A stretch of DNA of 64,000 bases from Mobula birostris (Eukaryota), in contig NC_092371.1 of the NCBI RefSeq assembly GCF_030028105.1, forward strand, positions 165,037,358 to 165,101,357, given 5' to 3'. The position numbers and the translations under genes are program-made. This document shows positions 62,070 to 64,000 of this stretch, one piece after another. The notes below the pieces were generated by a model. The model was not told the DNA's origin and did no database searches. It saw nothing but the letters and a program-made list of their open reading frames with translations. The stretch's first letter is position 1; each line of letters begins with the position of its first letter.

Positions 62070-62260
62070 TCATGGTAAAACTTCTGCCTCTTGAGTCAAA
62101 CATTTATAAATTGATGTTCCACAGCAGAAATCTGAGCACAGATTCTGCTTTTGCTTCAGTACCACTTTTTCTGATGAGTGATTAAATTGATTTGGTCTAT
62201 AAGTTCCCAGGCACTGTTTGTAGATGAAAAGAGGAGTTTTTCCTTGGTGTTGTGTTTTTT
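62070..62260 (+). mobile_element. Ancient DeuSINE-like element
   Basis: tggtaaaacttctgcctcttgagtca..ctgagcaca..cccaggcactgtttgtagatgaaaagaggagttttt.ttggtgt; similar to 20600-20830. Confidence 0.45.
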
Positions 62261-62944
62261 ATTTATTTCTCAGTAAACTTCATTCAATTACAACGTGTCA
62301 CATTCTCTGCAGTACTGTAGATTTACTTGGAGGTGGTGTTTGGTATATCTTGAAATTTCTGAAAAAGAACCAAAATAATGCTTGAAGCATTCAGCAATCA
62401 GGTAGCATCTTTGGAAAGAGAAACAGTTAGCATTTTAGGCTGAAGCCCCTTTGTAGAACTGGAAAATTGTTAAACGGGAGATTTTAGTGGCAGAGTATGT
62501 GGAGATTGGGTGTAAGAGGAAAAGAATGTCTGTGATCTCCCTCACCTTCTCTGCAACTTAGAATTAAATGTTTTGTCTCTTCTCCAGTTATGACAGAATG
62601 CCTTTGACTTTTAGCATCAGCACTTTCCCTTTCCACAAATGCTGCCTGACTTGATGATGCTTTCTAAAATTATGTGTGAAAATTACTTCAGTTATGCCTG
62701 CTTCCACAAAAGTCATTGATATGATTTGTACATTTAAAGAAAATGAACAAATTAATTGGAAGGTAATGAATACTGGAAAATTCTATTCACTGCCTGAAAG
62801 GATGGTGGAAGTAAGTTCCTTGATAACTTCACAACAATATATTTGAAAAAAGACAAACTTGTAGGGGAAGGACCGAGGAACAAAGGCCAATAGACATTCT
62901 TCTCCCCCCCCACCCCCACCCCGCATAAGCATGCAAGATTCATT

Positions 62945-63870
62945 GATAGAGAGTCATTGGCACTACAGCACAGAAACAGACCCTTCAGCCCATCTAGTCC
63001 ATGCTGAACTATTAACCAGCCTAGTTTCATCGATTTGCACCTGGACATAGCCCTCCATCATCATCATCATCAGGTGCCATGCCCAGTTTGAGCTTTGACT
63101 GCCATGGCCCACACACTCCTGTTTTGGGTCAAATGGTTCAATTCATTGGCATTCATTTCCAGCTCTCTGGCTGCTGTCTTCATCATCATTTGTCTTTGCC
63201 TTCCACTTGCTTCCTTCCCTTCAATCTTTCCCATAATTACCGTGCATTCTAACTCTTCTTTCCTCATCACATGTCCAATGAAGTTACGTTGTCTTTTCAT
63301 GATCTCATGTTATTTCTCTTTTTCTGCTTGCTCTATTCATGACATCCTCGTTAGATATTCGTTTTGTCCATGATATTCTTTGCATCCTTCTCAAAAACCA
63401 CATCTCCACTGCTTCAATTTGTTTCCTCATGTTACTAGATATTGTCCAACATTCTGAGCCATATAACATAACTGGATAAACGTAATGTTTCAGTACTCTG
63501 AGGCGGGTTGTCATGCCTAGTTTAATATTGGTCAGTATACTCTTCATTCTCGTAAAGATGTCTTTTGCCTTTCATACCACCCCCATCCATGTACTTGTTC
63601 AAACTTCACTTAAATGTTGAAATCGAACCTGCATCCACCATTTCCACTGGCAGCTCATTCCACACTTGCACCATCCTCTGAGTGAAGAAGTTCTCTCTCA
63701 TGTTCCCTTAAACATTTCACCTTTCACCTGCAACCCATGACGTTTAGTTTTAGTCTCTCACAACCTTAGTGGAAATAGCCTGCCTGCATTTACCCTATCG
63801 AAATCCTTCATAATTTTATATACTTCTGTTAAATCTCCACTCTTCTCCTACGCTCCAGGGAATAAAATCC
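62945..63870 (-). mobile_element. CR1 3' fragment split by an RTE insertion
   Basis: Collinear with the 11030-11440 CR1 tail on both sides of 63059-63571. Confidence 0.75.
63059..63571 (-). mobile_element. RTE-clade LINE 3' fragment with (GAT)n tail
   Basis: LRVLKHYVYPVMLYGSECWTI..EMWFLRRMQRISWTKRISNEDV and FIGHVMRKEELE..GKIEGK..GRQR; catcatcatcat tail. Confidence 0.88.
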
Positions 63871-64000
63871 ATTGATAACTGCATTTAGTGAAGAGCATAA
63901 TAATAGGATTGTTTGGCTCTCTGCCTGCTCCACCATTCAATAAGGCAATGATTGATCTTTTATTTTATCTTAGTGCCAATTTCTTGCACCAATATCCCTT

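Overview
Vertebrate nuclear DNA, most likely from a cartilaginous fish (ray/shark-type repeats: HE1-like V-SINEs, CR1, Rex1/Babar, Neptune-type Penelope; the taxon is an inference). Three spliced genes were rebuilt by hand from GT-AG sites and reading-frame continuity. (1) The 5' part of SHPRH on the minus strand: 10 coding exons, 25819 down to 500, running off the left edge. (2) A complete 8-exon NUP43 on the plus strand, 31585-44819, 1107 nt CDS = 368 aa, head-to-head with SHPRH across a very small CpG/ETS promoter. (3) The 5' part of LATS1 on the plus strand: CpG-island promoter near 47.6 kb and coding exons 50360-61788, with the kinase exons beyond the right edge. Introns are full of nested transposon fragments (Tc1, Tigger, hAT and Harbinger MITEs, CR1, Rex/Babar, RTE, Gypsy, Penelope, SINEs). 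The most notable non-genic signal is a dispersed family of Penelope-derived minimal type-I hammerhead ribozyme motifs, several arranged as fold-back palindromes. Also notable are a predicted SHPRH uORF whose stop overlaps the main start (AUGA) and a uORF cluster upstream of LATS1. No prokaryotic system, CRISPR array, rRNA or true tRNA gene was seen. Repeat boundaries are approximate unless TIRs or TSDs are quoted. Family names come from recalled motifs, not database searches.
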